Assembly (NCBI GenBank): GCA_040830765.1
Contig: JBFOMH010000013.1
Location: forward strand, 32,001 to 96,000
DNA: 64,000 bases
Source: Puniceicoccaceae bacterium
GTDB lineage: Bacteria > Verrucomicrobiota > Verrucomicrobiia > Opitutales > Oceanipulchritudinaceae
Direction of reading: 5' to 3'
Below, piece by piece: positions 48,139 to 57,828 of this stretch (position 1 is its first letter; each line of letters begins with the position of its first letter). The position numbers and the translations under genes are program-made. Below the pieces are notes generated by a model, which saw nothing but the letters and a program-made list of their open reading frames with translations, was not told where the DNA came from and did not search any database.

Positions 48139-49751
48139 TCGCTTTCCAGGTAAACAAACTTCATCGGTCGCTGGTTGACCAGCTTTGGAGTCCATTCCTT
48201 CACCCTGGGATCGATGAGGAAGACATTGGTGTACCAGTAAACGGGAATGACCGGTTCGACTTCCATGAAAATCGCTTCCGCCTGCCGGATGAGCTCGTAG
48301 CGCTTCTCCATGTCCAGGGTCCGGGTAGACTCCTCCAACAACCAGTCAAATTCGGGGTTGTCGAACCCAGTATCGTTATTCGGGCTGTAGGAAAGGAAAA
48401 TGCGCAGGAACGAGAAGGGGTAAAGGTTGGCAATCCAGCCGGCCCGGGCGATGTCGTAGTCCATCTCCTTGGTTGTATCGAGGTAGACCTTCCACTCCTT
48501 GTTGGTCAGGGTGATGTCAATGCCCAGTTCCTTGCGCCACATGTTCTGCACCGCCTCGGCAATCTTGCGATGATTGTCGCTGGTATTGAAGAGCAGCTCG
48601 ACCCCCGGCCAGCCCTCACCCCCGGGAAATCCTGCTTCCGCCATCAGCCGCCGGGCCTCCTCCGGGTTGTAGACCTCGCTTTCCGGAAAGACATACCCAC
48701 CCGTTCCCTCCGGGATGTAGGATGTAGCGACTCGCTCATTACCACCTAGCAGCTGACGGACAATGACCTCCCGGTCAATGGTCAGGGAAAGCGCCTTCCG
48801 CACGCGCACATCGTCCAGCGGTGGCCTGGTAGTGTTTATGCGGTAGAAATAGACCCCGGCAAAGGGATCAAACCGGATCTTTTCGGGAAAGTTTTCCTTG
48901 TAGTAGTTTCGCATGTTTGCCGGCACGGTTCCGGTGACATGCAGCTGCCCGCTCTCGAAGGCCCGCAACTCCGTATTGACATCATCTATCGGATAGAACT
49001 CAAACGCGTCCGTCCGCACCGATCCAGCATCCCAGTAGTAGGGATTGCGCTCCACCCGGATAACCGAGTTCGGCTTCCATTCCACCAACCGGTAGGCCCC
49101 GTTACCGATGTAGCTCTCCGGACGGGTCCAGCCACTCTGGCGGATCCCCGGACCCCCATGGGCCTCAATCGTCGCCTTGTGCACCGGCAGGAAAGTATGG
49201 TTGAGGAGCATTTTCAGGAAATCCGCCGTCGGCTGGCGCAAGACCACCTTGAAGACCCGGTCACTCTCAGCCACAATGCCAACCTTTGAGACATCGGTCA
49301 GCTCCCCCTTGTGGAAGGCTTCAGCTCCGTCGATCATGTACATCCAGTCGGCATACTCGTTGCCCAGTCCCGGTTCCAGGACCCTGCGCCAAGAGTAAAC
49401 AAAGTCATGGGCCGTCAGCGGATCCCCATTACTCCAGCTGGCCTCGCGGAGGAAGAAACGCCAAGTCCTCCCGTCCTCTGAGGTCTCCCATCTCTCAGCG
49501 ATGCCGGGATAGGGAATCTCATCCGTGGTCGGGTGATAGGCCACCAATCCCTCCAACAGTGTCAGGATAATCCTCACTTCCGGAGTACCGGATACCGTAT
49601 GGGGATCGAGATCCCGCGGCTCGCCGCCGTTGCCGATGCGGATCACGGAGCCGTCATCGACAACCTCAGTCTGGCTGCATCCACCAAGTAGCAGGAAACC
49701 TGTCCCAATCAGGAGAACCGGCAGCAGCTTGAAAAATTTTCTCATGGCCAT
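48135..49751 (-). CDS. Peptide ABC substrate-binding lipoprotein (second, orphan OppA-like)
   Basis: Lipobox LGGC, EPRDLDP, WSNGDPLTAHDFVYSW, RAGW; paralogue of 20144-21781. Confidence 0.92.
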   Translation of the reverse strand: MAMRKFFKLLPVLLIGTGFLLLGGCSQTEVVDDGSVIRIGNGGEPRDLDPHTVSGTPEVRIILTLLEGLVAYHPTTDEIPYPGIAERWETSEDGRTWRFFLREASWSNGDPLTAHDFVYSWRRVLEPGLGNEYADWMYMIDGAEAFHKGELTDVSKVGIVAESDRVFKVVLRQPTADFLKMLLNHTFLPVHKATIEAHGGPGIRQSGWTRPESYIGNGAYRLVEWKPNSVIRVERNPYYWDAGSVRTDAFEFYPIDDVNTELRAFESGQLHVTGTVPANMRNYYKENFPEKIRFDPFAGVYFYRINTTRPPLDDVRVRKALSLTIDREVIVRQLLGGNERVATSYIPEGTGGYVFPESEVYNPEEARRLMAEAGFPGGEGWPGVELLFNTSDNHRKIAEAVQNMWRKELGIDITLTNKEWKVYLDTTKEMDYDIARAGWIANLYPFSFLRIFLSYSPNNDTGFDNPEFDWLLEESTRTLDMEKRYELIRQAEAIFMEVEPVIPVYWYTNVFLIDPRVKEWTPKLVNQRPMKFVYLESE

Positions 49752-49800
49752 ACCTTACCGCATCTCACGCAAGGAGCAAGAAAGTGCTGACAAATGGGTC

Positions 49801-50460
49801 ATGAGGACGAACAGTAAAGAGATGGGAGAAACCGTCGATTGGGGTCGAACCGCCTACCGTGAGGCATGGGACCGGCAGATGGAAGTGGTCGACAAGCGTC
49901 GGTCCGGGGAATGCCCCGATACCCTCATCTTCACGGAGCACGAACCGGTTTTCACCATTGGGGCTCGGCCGGGAGCTGAACAGCACCTCGTCTGGACCGA
50001 GCAGATGCTCCGGCAACAGGGCATCGAGGTCGTCAAGACCAACCGGGGGGGCGATATCACCTACCATGGCCCGGGACAGATTGTCGGTTATCCGATTATC
50101 AGTCTTCAGGAAAAGCGGGACCTGCATGCCTACCTGCGGGACCTTGAGGAAGTCCTCATCCGAACAGTGGCACACTTTGGGATCACTGCGGACCGTCGAG
50201 AAGGCAAGACCGGTATCTGGATCGGGGAGCGGAAGATCGCCGCCATCGGGGTTGCCGTAAAAACCTGGGTGACCTACCATGGCTTTGCCCTCAATGTGAA
50301 TCCGGAACTTTCCCACTTTGCCGGTATCGTCCCCTGCGGTATCACGGATGGTACGGTAACCTCCCTTGAGCAGGAGTGCGAAAACCCTCCGCTGATGGGA
50401 TTGGTCAAATCCCGGCTGAAGGCGGAATTCTGGGACCTGTTTGGCGGGCATCGGGCCTGA
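49801..50460 (+). CDS. lipB: Lipoyl(octanoyl) transferase
   Basis: EHEPVFTIG, RGGDITYHGPGQIVGYPI, KIAAIG, HGFALN, IVPCG; start could be 49822. Confidence 0.96.
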   Translation: MRTNSKEMGETVDWGRTAYREAWDRQMEVVDKRRSGECPDTLIFTEHEPVFTIGARPGAEQHLVWTEQMLRQQGIEVVKTNRGGDITYHGPGQIVGYPIISLQEKRDLHAYLRDLEEVLIRTVAHFGITADRREGKTGIWIGERKIAAIGVAVKTWVTYHGFALNVNPELSHFAGIVPCGITDGTVTSLEQECENPPLMGLVKSRLKAEFWDLFGGHRA

Positions 50461-50504
50461 TTTTAGCTTTGTCTCGTGGGGAGTGAAGACCTATCCTCCT
50501 GACG

Positions 50505-51515
50505 ATGAATAATCCACAACCCTCTCCGAATCCCCAACACGAGGGCAACAATTCCGGCTTGCTCAATGCATTCACCCTTAACGGTCAGGGAGGTGGTAAT
50601 GCCCTCGAATGGGAGCATATCCGGGATTGGCATAAGGAGGGGGCGCCCCTTTGGGTACACCTCGACCGCAAGTCCCGCAAGGCGCAGTCCTGGTTGAGAC
50701 ACGATACCGGCCTGAGTCCAGTCATTTGTAACGCCTTGCTGGCTGAGGAAACACGTCCACGGGCACAGGTCTTCGAGGATGGCATGCTGGTCATCCTCCG
50801 GGGGGTTAATCTCAATCCGGGGGAACAGCCGGATGACATGATTTCCGTTCGGGTATGGATTGAAGCGAACCGGATCATCACCCTGAGGGCTCCCAAGCTA
50901 ATGGCCGTCTCCGATGTCCGGGATTCCCTCAACAGTGGACGCGGTCCCGCCAGCCCCATGGGCGTACTGGTCTCCATAATTGAAAATCTCGGGCACCGCA
51001 TGGCCCCGGTTGTCGCCAACCTCGATGAACTGACCGACCAAGTCGAGGAATCGATGCTCGAGGATCCCGACACCTCACTCCGTTTGAACCTCGTCAACAT
51101 CCGGCGCCAGGCCATTGCCCTGCGACGCTACCTTGCTCCGCAAAGGGAGGCCATTTCCTACCTTATCGGTTCCCAAGCGCCCTGGATTCAGGCCGCGCAA
51201 AAGGCAATCCTGCAGGAGTGCCGTGATGCCGCAACCCGCTATGTCGAAGACCTGGACAGCATCCGGGAACGCTCCTCGATCGTTCATGAGGAACTATCCG
51301 CCCGGATGTCGGAACAAATGAACCGGACCATGTTTCTCCTCTCCATTGTTGCTGGCATATTCCTGCCCCTGGGCTTTGTCACCGGTCTCCTCGGGATCAA
51401 CGTCGGGGGCATGCCGGGAGTCGACAACCCCTACGCCTTTGGCATCGTCTGCCTGCTCCTCATTGCCATGGGACTTTTTGGCGTCTGGATATTCCGGCGG
51501 ATGCGGCTCTTCTAG
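50505..51515 (+). CDS. zntB: Zinc transporter ZntB (CorA family)
   Basis: LLAEETRPR, LRGVNLNPG, RRYLAPQRE, FLPLGFVTGLLGINVGGMPG. Confidence 0.9.
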   Translation: MNNPQPSPNPQHEGNNSGLLNAFTLNGQGGGNALEWEHIRDWHKEGAPLWVHLDRKSRKAQSWLRHDTGLSPVICNALLAEETRPRAQVFEDGMLVILRGVNLNPGEQPDDMISVRVWIEANRIITLRAPKLMAVSDVRDSLNSGRGPASPMGVLVSIIENLGHRMAPVVANLDELTDQVEESMLEDPDTSLRLNLVNIRRQAIALRRYLAPQREAISYLIGSQAPWIQAAQKAILQECRDAATRYVEDLDSIRERSSIVHEELSARMSEQMNRTMFLLSIVAGIFLPLGFVTGLLGINVGGMPGVDNPYAFGIVCLLLIAMGLFGVWIFRRMRLF

Positions 51516-51602
51516 GGATAACAATTCCTGTGCACACATATGCGATGTTGTTGACTTGATTCGGCAGCAGACCACCCTTTTGCAGCAGCACTTGAACCAT
51601 TG

Positions 51603-52655
51603 ATGCCGAAACCGAATCAGCAGCAAATCGCCGACCTGTTGGGTCTCTCCCGGACAACAGTATCCCGCTGCTTCACCCATAATTCCCGGATCAATCCGGA
51701 GACCCGGGCCCGGGTTTTCGAGTGTGCCGCCAAGTTGGGCTACCGTTACCACCCGCAGCGAACGATCATGGGGGAGGAGGTCCGTATCCGGAAGGACCGG
51801 GTTGCCGTACTCATCGGTTCCCCCGACCCGGCCGCCAAGGACACCGCAGCCGCCAAGGCCATCATCGGTGGACTTAGCAAGCAGGTGAACGCAGAGGGCT
51901 TGTCCCTTGAGGTGCATTATGTGGATCCCGCCACCTTCCAACCCAAGCCCCGCAGCCGGCGCATTGTCGGGGATGCCTCCTGGAGTGACTGGCTTGGCAT
52001 CATCATGCTCTATCCCTTTGACCAGGCAGCTATCAGTAACCTCAAGCTGCGACGCCCCCTCATCTCTCTTCTCGAGGATTACGAGGATGATGATGTCGAT
52101 TACATCGACACCGACCACGGCCGGGGTATTTCCCGCCTGATGGACCATCTCCAGGGTCTGGGCCATCGCCGGATTGGGTTCCTCAGCTGGAAATACTCCA
52201 TTCCCGTCCATTGGGCGGAACGCCGCTTTGGGGCCTACGTGGAAAGCCTCTTCCGGCATAATCTAGAATTCGACCCCTCCATTGTCCTCAATATTCGTCG
52301 CGACCAGCACATCCACTCCAGTGAACTCCCGGACCTCGTTATCCGTTCCATGGAAAAGGGCGTTACAGCATGGGTCTGCGCCGCCGACCACCAGGCTGTT
52401 GAGCTTATCAAAGCGCTCCAGAAGCGGGGGATCGACATCCCCCGGGACCTCTCGATCACCGGCTTCGACGGCATTCCCGTTCCGGAGGGCCTTCCCGCCC
52501 TCACCTCCATCCGCATGCCCTTCGACGAAATCGGGCGCAGCGCCGTCGCCACCCTTCTCCGCCGCACCCAGCAACCTACCGCGGAACGGCGCCAGGTCAT
52601 GATCAGCGGCCAGCTCATCAAGGGCCAGACAACTGCCCAACCGGCGAAAGACTGA
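51603..52655 (+). CDS. LacI family transcriptional regulator
   Basis: QQQIADLLGLSRTTVSR HTH, LGHRRIGF, PRDLSITGFDG, LTSIR. Confidence 0.92.
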   Translation: MPKPNQQQIADLLGLSRTTVSRCFTHNSRINPETRARVFECAAKLGYRYHPQRTIMGEEVRIRKDRVAVLIGSPDPAAKDTAAAKAIIGGLSKQVNAEGLSLEVHYVDPATFQPKPRSRRIVGDASWSDWLGIIMLYPFDQAAISNLKLRRPLISLLEDYEDDDVDYIDTDHGRGISRLMDHLQGLGHRRIGFLSWKYSIPVHWAERRFGAYVESLFRHNLEFDPSIVLNIRRDQHIHSSELPDLVIRSMEKGVTAWVCAADHQAVELIKALQKRGIDIPRDLSITGFDGIPVPEGLPALTSIRMPFDEIGRSAVATLLRRTQQPTAERRQVMISGQLIKGQTTAQPAKD

Positions 52656-52718
52656 CCCAATCCACCAAAGTGGATTGAGCCTTGAATTTTGGCCCCTTTT
52701 GGGAAACGGTATCCGTTT

Positions 52719-53594
52719 ATGGACGAAAGAAAGCCCAACTGGCTGCGGGCCAAGCTGCCGACCAGCCCGGAGTACCGCAAGACGCGCGAGATCGTCGACC
52801 GGACCTCCCTGCACACGGTCTGCCAGAGCGCCCAGTGTCCCAACATGGGGGAATGCTGGAGCCGCCGCACGGCGACGGTAATGATCCTCGGCAATACCTG
52901 CACCCGCGCCTGCACATTCTGCGCCATCCATACCGGGCGACCCACCGAGCTGGACCTCGCCGAGCCGGCACGGGTAGCCATGGGGGTCAAGGAAATGGGG
53001 CTGCGGCACGCGGTCATCACCTCGGTGGCCCGGGATGACCTGAAAGACGGCGGTGCCTCAGTCTGGGCCGCCACCATCAAGGCCATCCGCTATCGTTGCC
53101 CGGAGACTGCCATTGAGGTCCTGATCCCGGATTTCCGAGGCAATCTCGATCAACTGGACACCGTCCTCGATGCCCGGCCGGACATCCTCAACCACAATAT
53201 GGAAACCGTGAAACGCCTCCAGCGCCCGGTGCGCAAGACAGCTTCCTGGGACATCACGACCAAGGTGCTGGTGCATTCCAAGTCGCGCGACTTCACCACC
53301 AAGTCGGGCATCATGCTGGGTATTGGCGAAGAGGAACAGGAGATCGAGGAAACCATCCGCCACTTTGCTGACATCGGTCTGGATATCCTGACCATCGGCC
53401 AGTACCTCCGCCCCACTCGCGAGCACCGCAAGATGTTCCGCTGGGTCACTCCAGAGGAATTCCGCCACTGGAAGGAATTCGGGCTCAAGCTTGGTATTGG
53501 TGTAGTTGAATCCGGCCCCCTCGTCCGCTCCAGCTACCATGCCGACGAGCAATCCGACCGTTATACCCGCTCCGCCGAGGCCGCGACAGCGTAA
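52719..53594 (+). CDS. lipA: Lipoyl synthase
   Basis: CQSAQCPNMGEC, CTRACTFC, NHNMETV, GQYLRP, LVRSSYHA. Confidence 0.97.
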   Translation: MDERKPNWLRAKLPTSPEYRKTREIVDRTSLHTVCQSAQCPNMGECWSRRTATVMILGNTCTRACTFCAIHTGRPTELDLAEPARVAMGVKEMGLRHAVITSVARDDLKDGGASVWAATIKAIRYRCPETAIEVLIPDFRGNLDQLDTVLDARPDILNHNMETVKRLQRPVRKTASWDITTKVLVHSKSRDFTTKSGIMLGIGEEEQEIEETIRHFADIGLDILTIGQYLRPTREHRKMFRWVTPEEFRHWKEFGLKLGIGVVESGPLVRSSYHADEQSDRYTRSAEAATA

Positions 53595-53598
53595 AAAT

Positions 53599-53653
53599 GA
53601 GTCGGCCCTTCAGGGCCGGTCACGCCACAACCGGGCCTGAAGGCCCGACTCCT
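53599..53653. repeat. REPIN (inverted REP doublet, family A), left copy
   Basis: GAGTCGGCCCTTCAGGGCCGGTCACGCCACAACCGGGCCTGAAGGCCCGACTCCT; identical copy at 54334. Confidence 0.92.
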
Positions 53654-54257
53654 TTGTTTCAGATGGTTCCTTGATTCCGCTATCCGCAGATGGATAGGTT
53701 AGGAGGATTTCCTGTGCCTGTTTTATCCCGAGTTGATTCGTAAATTCAAGTGCACTCGACCAGGGCCAATCATTCTTGTTCAAAGAGTAACCGTGATGAA
53801 CAGGATTTTCATGAATGTAATTGAGTACAGAGTAATATTGTCGGTTTGAACGTATGATTCTATCAAACACTCGGAACCAGACTTTCCTCCCAGTACACTT
53901 ATCTTCCAAATTCCATTGCCGGGATGTTCTTCCATGCAATTTACCTAGCGTCAAGCGGAGTGCAGCAATGTCATTTCCCTCGACGAGAAGGTGGTAATGA
54001 TTCGGGAGCACACAGAAAGCTTCTAAAACGAAATCAGCCCTGATTACCTCTGACAAAAGATTTTCCGTGAACGTACCCATTCGCTCATTGGAAGAGCCAA
54101 GTACAGGTTGATGCTGGTAATTGGCTCCAGTGAGGAAAAATATGCCTGCGATGCCATCAGTGAAATGTGGCAGGTCATGGGCTGGCTGCCCTTTATGCAT
54201 CCATTCCTTGAGCACTTTTCGCCGCTCTGAAACATCCAATTTCTGCCATGCATACAT
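53610..54257 (-). mobile_element. REP-associated tyrosine transposase (RAYT, HUH Y1 family)
   Basis: FFLT, AFCVLPNHYHLL (HUH), FDRIIR, NYIHENPVHHG, WPWSS; visibly AT-richer than neighbours; REP-flanked. Confidence 0.9.
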
Positions 54258-54333
54258 AATCCTTAGCCTGCCTCTGACCCCTTATCCATCAATCATCTCC
54301 ATTACCCTAATTTGAGTATCGGCGAACTAAAGA

Positions 54334-54415
54334 GAGTCGGCCCTTCAGGGCCGGTCACGCCACAACCGGGCCTGAAGGCCCGACTCCTATTACTCTAGCC
54401 TGAAGGCCCGACTCC
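54334..54415. repeat. REPIN right copy plus an extra half REP
   Basis: 55-bp identical copy at 54334-54388, then GCCTGAAGGCCCGACTCC at 54398. Confidence 0.92.
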
Positions 54416-54482
54416 CAAAGGATATCCTAAAGTCGTGATCGGTCTTTACTCCACGGCGGTTTTGGATGAAATTAGCCAGGTC

Positions 54483-54635
54483 ATGTGGCAACTTTTCAAG
54501 GAATTCCTCCTTTTCCTGAGACAGGAGAAAAAGTGGTGGCTGATCCCGCTGGTGGTCATTCTGCTCCTCCTTGCGGCCATCATCGTATTCACTGGTGGCT
54601 CCGTTCTGGCCCCGCTGATGTATCCGTTCATGTAG
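54483..54635 (+). CDS. SxtK-like / DUF5989 small membrane protein
   Basis: MWQLFKEFLLFLRQEKKWWLIPLVVILLLL...LAPLMYPFM. Confidence 0.85.
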   Translation: MWQLFKEFLLFLRQEKKWWLIPLVVILLLLAAIIVFTGGSVLAPLMYPFM

Positions 54636-54644
54636 GAGAGTCGC

Positions 54645-56462
54645 GTGCGTCACATCCTCGGCATCTCCGCCTATTACCACGACTCAGCCGCTGCCTTGCT
54701 GAAGGACGGTGCTATCGTTGCAGCCGCCCAGGAGGAACGCTTTTCCCGGAGAAAGAACGATGAACGATTCCCGCGTCATGCCGTCGCCTTTTGTCTTGAA
54801 AAAGCGGGCCTGACAGAGGCCGATCTCGATGCGGTGGTCTTCTATGACAAGCCGATCGTCAAGTTCGCCCGCCTTTTGGAATCCTATCTGGCCGTTGCTC
54901 CGGCCGGCTGGCTGACCTTTCCCCGTGTCGTCCCTCCATGGCTGGGTGAAAAGCTTAATCTTCGCGGCACCATCCGCCACGAAATGCCGGGACTCGATAC
55001 GGAGACTCCCGTCCTCTTTACCGAGCACCACCAATCCCATGCCGCCAGCGCCTTCTTTCCTTCGCCCTTCGAGGAGGCGGCTATCCTGACGGTTGATGGT
55101 GTCGGTGAATGGGCCACCACGACGATTGGCTATGGCGAGGGGAATGACGTGGAGATCCTTAAGGAACTGAAATTCCCCCACTCCCTCGGACTGCTTTACT
55201 CCGCCTTCACCGCTTATTGCGGGTTCCGGATCAATTCAGGGGAGTACAAGTTAATGGGACTGGCCCCCTATGGGGAACCGAAGTACGTCGACCGGATTTA
55301 CGACCACCTCATCGACGTCAAGGCAGACGGCTCCCTGCGGCTCAACCTGGATTACTTCCATTTCCTGCGCGGTTTCAAGATGACCAATGGAAAATTCGAC
55401 CAGCTGTTTGGTGGACCGATGCGCAAGCCGGAGACCCAGTTGGAGCAACGTCACATGGACCTCGCCCGCTCCATCCAGGTGGTCACCGAGGAGACGATGC
55501 TCAAGCTGGCCCGCCATGCCCGGGAGGTGACTGGCAAGGCCAACCTTTGTCTCGCCGGCGGCGTGGCGCTCAACTGTGTCGCCAACGGGAAGATTCTCCG
55601 GGAAAAGATCTTTGACAACATCTGGATCCAGCCGGCCGCTGGCGACGCCGGTGGCGCACTGGGTGCGGCTCTCGCCGTCTGGCATATGCACAAGGAACAC
55701 CCCCAGCCGCGCACGGTGCAAAAGCCGGACTCCATGCAGGGGGCATTCCTCGGACCCGAGTTTTCCGACGAGGCAATCGAAGCGCTCCTCAAGCAGCACA
55801 ATGCGGTCTACCAAAAGTTGGACCCTGCTGCCCTTCATTCGACCATCGTCAACCTATTGGAAAAGGGCCATATCGTGGCCCGCTTCCATGGCCGCATGGA
55901 GTACGGTCCCCGGGCCCTAGGCCACCGATCGATCCTTGGGGATCCCCGCTCGGAGAAAATGCAAACCGTGCTCAACCTCAAGGTGAAGTTCCGCGAGTCC
56001 TTCCGGCCCTTTGCCCCGGCCGTGCTGGAGGAAAGGGTGGGTGAGTTATTTGAGCTCAAGACCCCCTCCCCCTACATGCTCATTGTCGCCCCGGTCCATC
56101 AGGAGCAACGGCTGCAAGTGGAGCCTGGGGCCAGTGGACTCGAACGCCTCAAGCAGCTCCGTTCAAGACTTCCGGCCATTACCCATGTCGATTACTCCGC
56201 CCGGGTCCAGACAGTCAGTCAGGATACCAATCCCGACTTCCATGCCATCCTCAAGCGCTTTGAGGAGCAGACCGGTTGTCCTGTCCTCGTCAATACCTCC
56301 TTCAATGTCCGGGGCGAACCGGTTGTCTGTTCTCCCGACGATGCCTACCGTTGCTTCGTCAACACTGAGATGGACTACCTGGCCATCGGCAGCTTCCTTC
56401 TTGAACGCAACGCCCAGCCCCATGAGGGCGTCAAACAACAATTTCATCCTGTTCCCGATTAA
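54645..56462 (+). CDS. O-carbamoyltransferase (NodU/CmcH family)
   Basis: ILGISAYYHDSAA, EERFSRRK, EHHQSHAASAF, DGVGE, EYKLMGLAPYG, GPRALGHRS, RESFRPFAP, NTSFN. Confidence 0.96.
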   Translation: MRHILGISAYYHDSAAALLKDGAIVAAAQEERFSRRKNDERFPRHAVAFCLEKAGLTEADLDAVVFYDKPIVKFARLLESYLAVAPAGWLTFPRVVPPWLGEKLNLRGTIRHEMPGLDTETPVLFTEHHQSHAASAFFPSPFEEAAILTVDGVGEWATTTIGYGEGNDVEILKELKFPHSLGLLYSAFTAYCGFRINSGEYKLMGLAPYGEPKYVDRIYDHLIDVKADGSLRLNLDYFHFLRGFKMTNGKFDQLFGGPMRKPETQLEQRHMDLARSIQVVTEETMLKLARHAREVTGKANLCLAGGVALNCVANGKILREKIFDNIWIQPAAGDAGGALGAALAVWHMHKEHPQPRTVQKPDSMQGAFLGPEFSDEAIEALLKQHNAVYQKLDPAALHSTIVNLLEKGHIVARFHGRMEYGPRALGHRSILGDPRSEKMQTVLNLKVKFRESFRPFAPAVLEERVGELFELKTPSPYMLIVAPVHQEQRLQVEPGASGLERLKQLRSRLPAITHVDYSARVQTVSQDTNPDFHAILKRFEEQTGCPVLVNTSFNVRGEPVVCSPDDAYRCFVNTEMDYLAIGSFLLERNAQPHEGVKQQFHPVPD

Positions 56463-56465
56463 GCC

Positions 56466-56864
56466 ATGCTCCGACTCAAGGAAAAGCCCTCCGAATGGAT
56501 CCAGTTCACCGCCGTCATGGGACTGGGGGCCAATATCATTGTCTGGCTCCTGGCACGGCAGGGAATCGTGTCGCCCGCCGTCTCCCTCACCACGGCCATC
56601 CTCGCCCTTCTGGCCATTGCTATTGCCTTCGCCCGGCCCCGATGGTTCAGGGGCTTCTATCGTGGAGGAATGACCGTCAGCTTCCACATCGGCCAGACCT
56701 TCGGCAAGGTCCTCCTCATCCTCTTCTTCTTCCTCCTCGTTACGCCCATGGGACTCCTCCTCCGACTCCTCGGCAAGGACCTTCTTCATCTAAAGCCCAG
56801 CGCTGGGGAAAAATCCTGCTGGCAGAAGGCCAATTCCAGCCGCGAATTCGATAGGATGTTCTAG
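56466..56864 (+). CDS. SxtJ-like membrane protein
   Basis: Hydrophobic; FFFLLVTPMGLLLRLLGKDLL, ends FDRMF; 3 bp after the carbamoyltransferase. Confidence 0.8.
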   Translation: MLRLKEKPSEWIQFTAVMGLGANIIVWLLARQGIVSPAVSLTTAILALLAIAIAFARPRWFRGFYRGGMTVSFHIGQTFGKVLLILFFFLLVTPMGLLLRLLGKDLLHLKPSAGEKSCWQKANSSREFDRMF

Positions 56865-56872
56865 TCCAAAAA

Positions 56873-56934
56873 GAGTCGGGTCCCGCATTGGCGGGAACCG
56901 GTTGTTTCGTAACCGGCCCTGAAGGGCCGAATCC
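56873..56934. repeat. Diverged REPIN (family A)
   Basis: GAGTCGGGTCCCGC...GCGGGAACCGGTTG...AACCGGCCCTGAAGGGCCGAATCC. Confidence 0.75.
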
Positions 56935-56950
56935 CTAAGTTCACTTATTC

Positions 56951-56980
56951 AAAAAAACCCGCACTCCGAAGAGTGCGGGT
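56951..56980 (-). terminator. Rho-independent terminator of PEP-CTERM gene 1
   Basis: Minus strand ACCCGCACTC-TTCG-GAGTGCGGGT followed by a T run. Confidence 0.9.
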
Positions 56981-57020
56981 CGTTCATAAGGAATGGAATG
57001 TTCCCAAATTTAAGTTAAGC

Positions 57021-57602
57021 TTACGCCTGCTTGCGACGACGATACAGGACAAATCCGAGAGCGGCAAACCCACCCAAGAGGGCAAAAGTTGAGGGCTCAG
57101 GTACAACACCAACGTTGTCGAAACCAGTATTCCCGCCGGCCACAGAAAGCGGCACAAACTTGAGAAAGGTTGCAGCAGCATTGATGGTATACTCAAAGGT
57201 GTAAGTGTCCCAACTGGTAGTTGGATCAAACAATACATCACCAGTGCCGTTGTCGAGGAAACCACCACCGTTCCAGGATTCAATCTTTAAACCGGCAACA
57301 ATAGCATCATCGGCCAAATCGATCATATCCCATGAAATAGTAACTGTGTCCCCAGCACTCAGGCCATTTGATGCCAGGTCAAAATCGCCTACAAGAACGC
57401 CCCAACCAGTGGTTGAGTCAATTACACCATATCCGCCGGGATTTCCGCCAGTGGTAGGGTAGCTGAAAGTGGCAGGACCATCTGCTGCGACCCAACCTGC
57501 CCCGTCAGGTGTCTCGAAGTCACCGTTGGGGACCAAAACAAGTTGAGCACTTGCAACTGTTGCGATAGACAGAGCTGCCAGGCATAGGAATAGTTTCTTC
57601 AT
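57021..57602 (-). CDS. PEP-CTERM sorting domain protein
   Basis: Signal peptide; NGDFE carbohydrate-binding-like start; VPEPSTFALLGGFAALGFVLYRRRK. Confidence 0.93.
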   Translation of the reverse strand: MKKLFLCLAALSIATVASAQLVLVPNGDFETPDGAGWVAADGPATFSYPTTGGNPGGYGVIDSTTGWGVLVGDFDLASNGLSAGDTVTISWDMIDLADDAIVAGLKIESWNGGGFLDNGTGDVLFDPTTSWDTYTFEYTINAAATFLKFVPLSVAGGNTGFDNVGVVPEPSTFALLGGFAALGFVLYRRRKQA

Positions 57603-57828
57603 AAGTCTAAGAATTAGTGATTATCGTTGGTCAAACTCGGATAAGGTATCCGAACGATAACCATGCAATACAATGCTGTTCGGTTGTCAAATAAAAGATG
57701 CAATAAAATGCAATTTTAATTTTACAAACACCGGGCTAATTCCCCTTTTTATGCGGTCTCCAGCCGTTATTATGCAAAAATCTTAACATAAAAACTGCCT
57801 TGGGCAGGATATCCTGCATAAATTCCAC

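Noticed and set aside
54483..56864. Saxitoxin biosynthesis cluster
   Set aside because: Only the I/J/K-like triad is present; no sxtA, sxtG or other core genes
57655..57690. Sigma-54 promoter for the PEP-CTERM gene
   Set aside because: TTGCA is present but there is no GG at the -24 position
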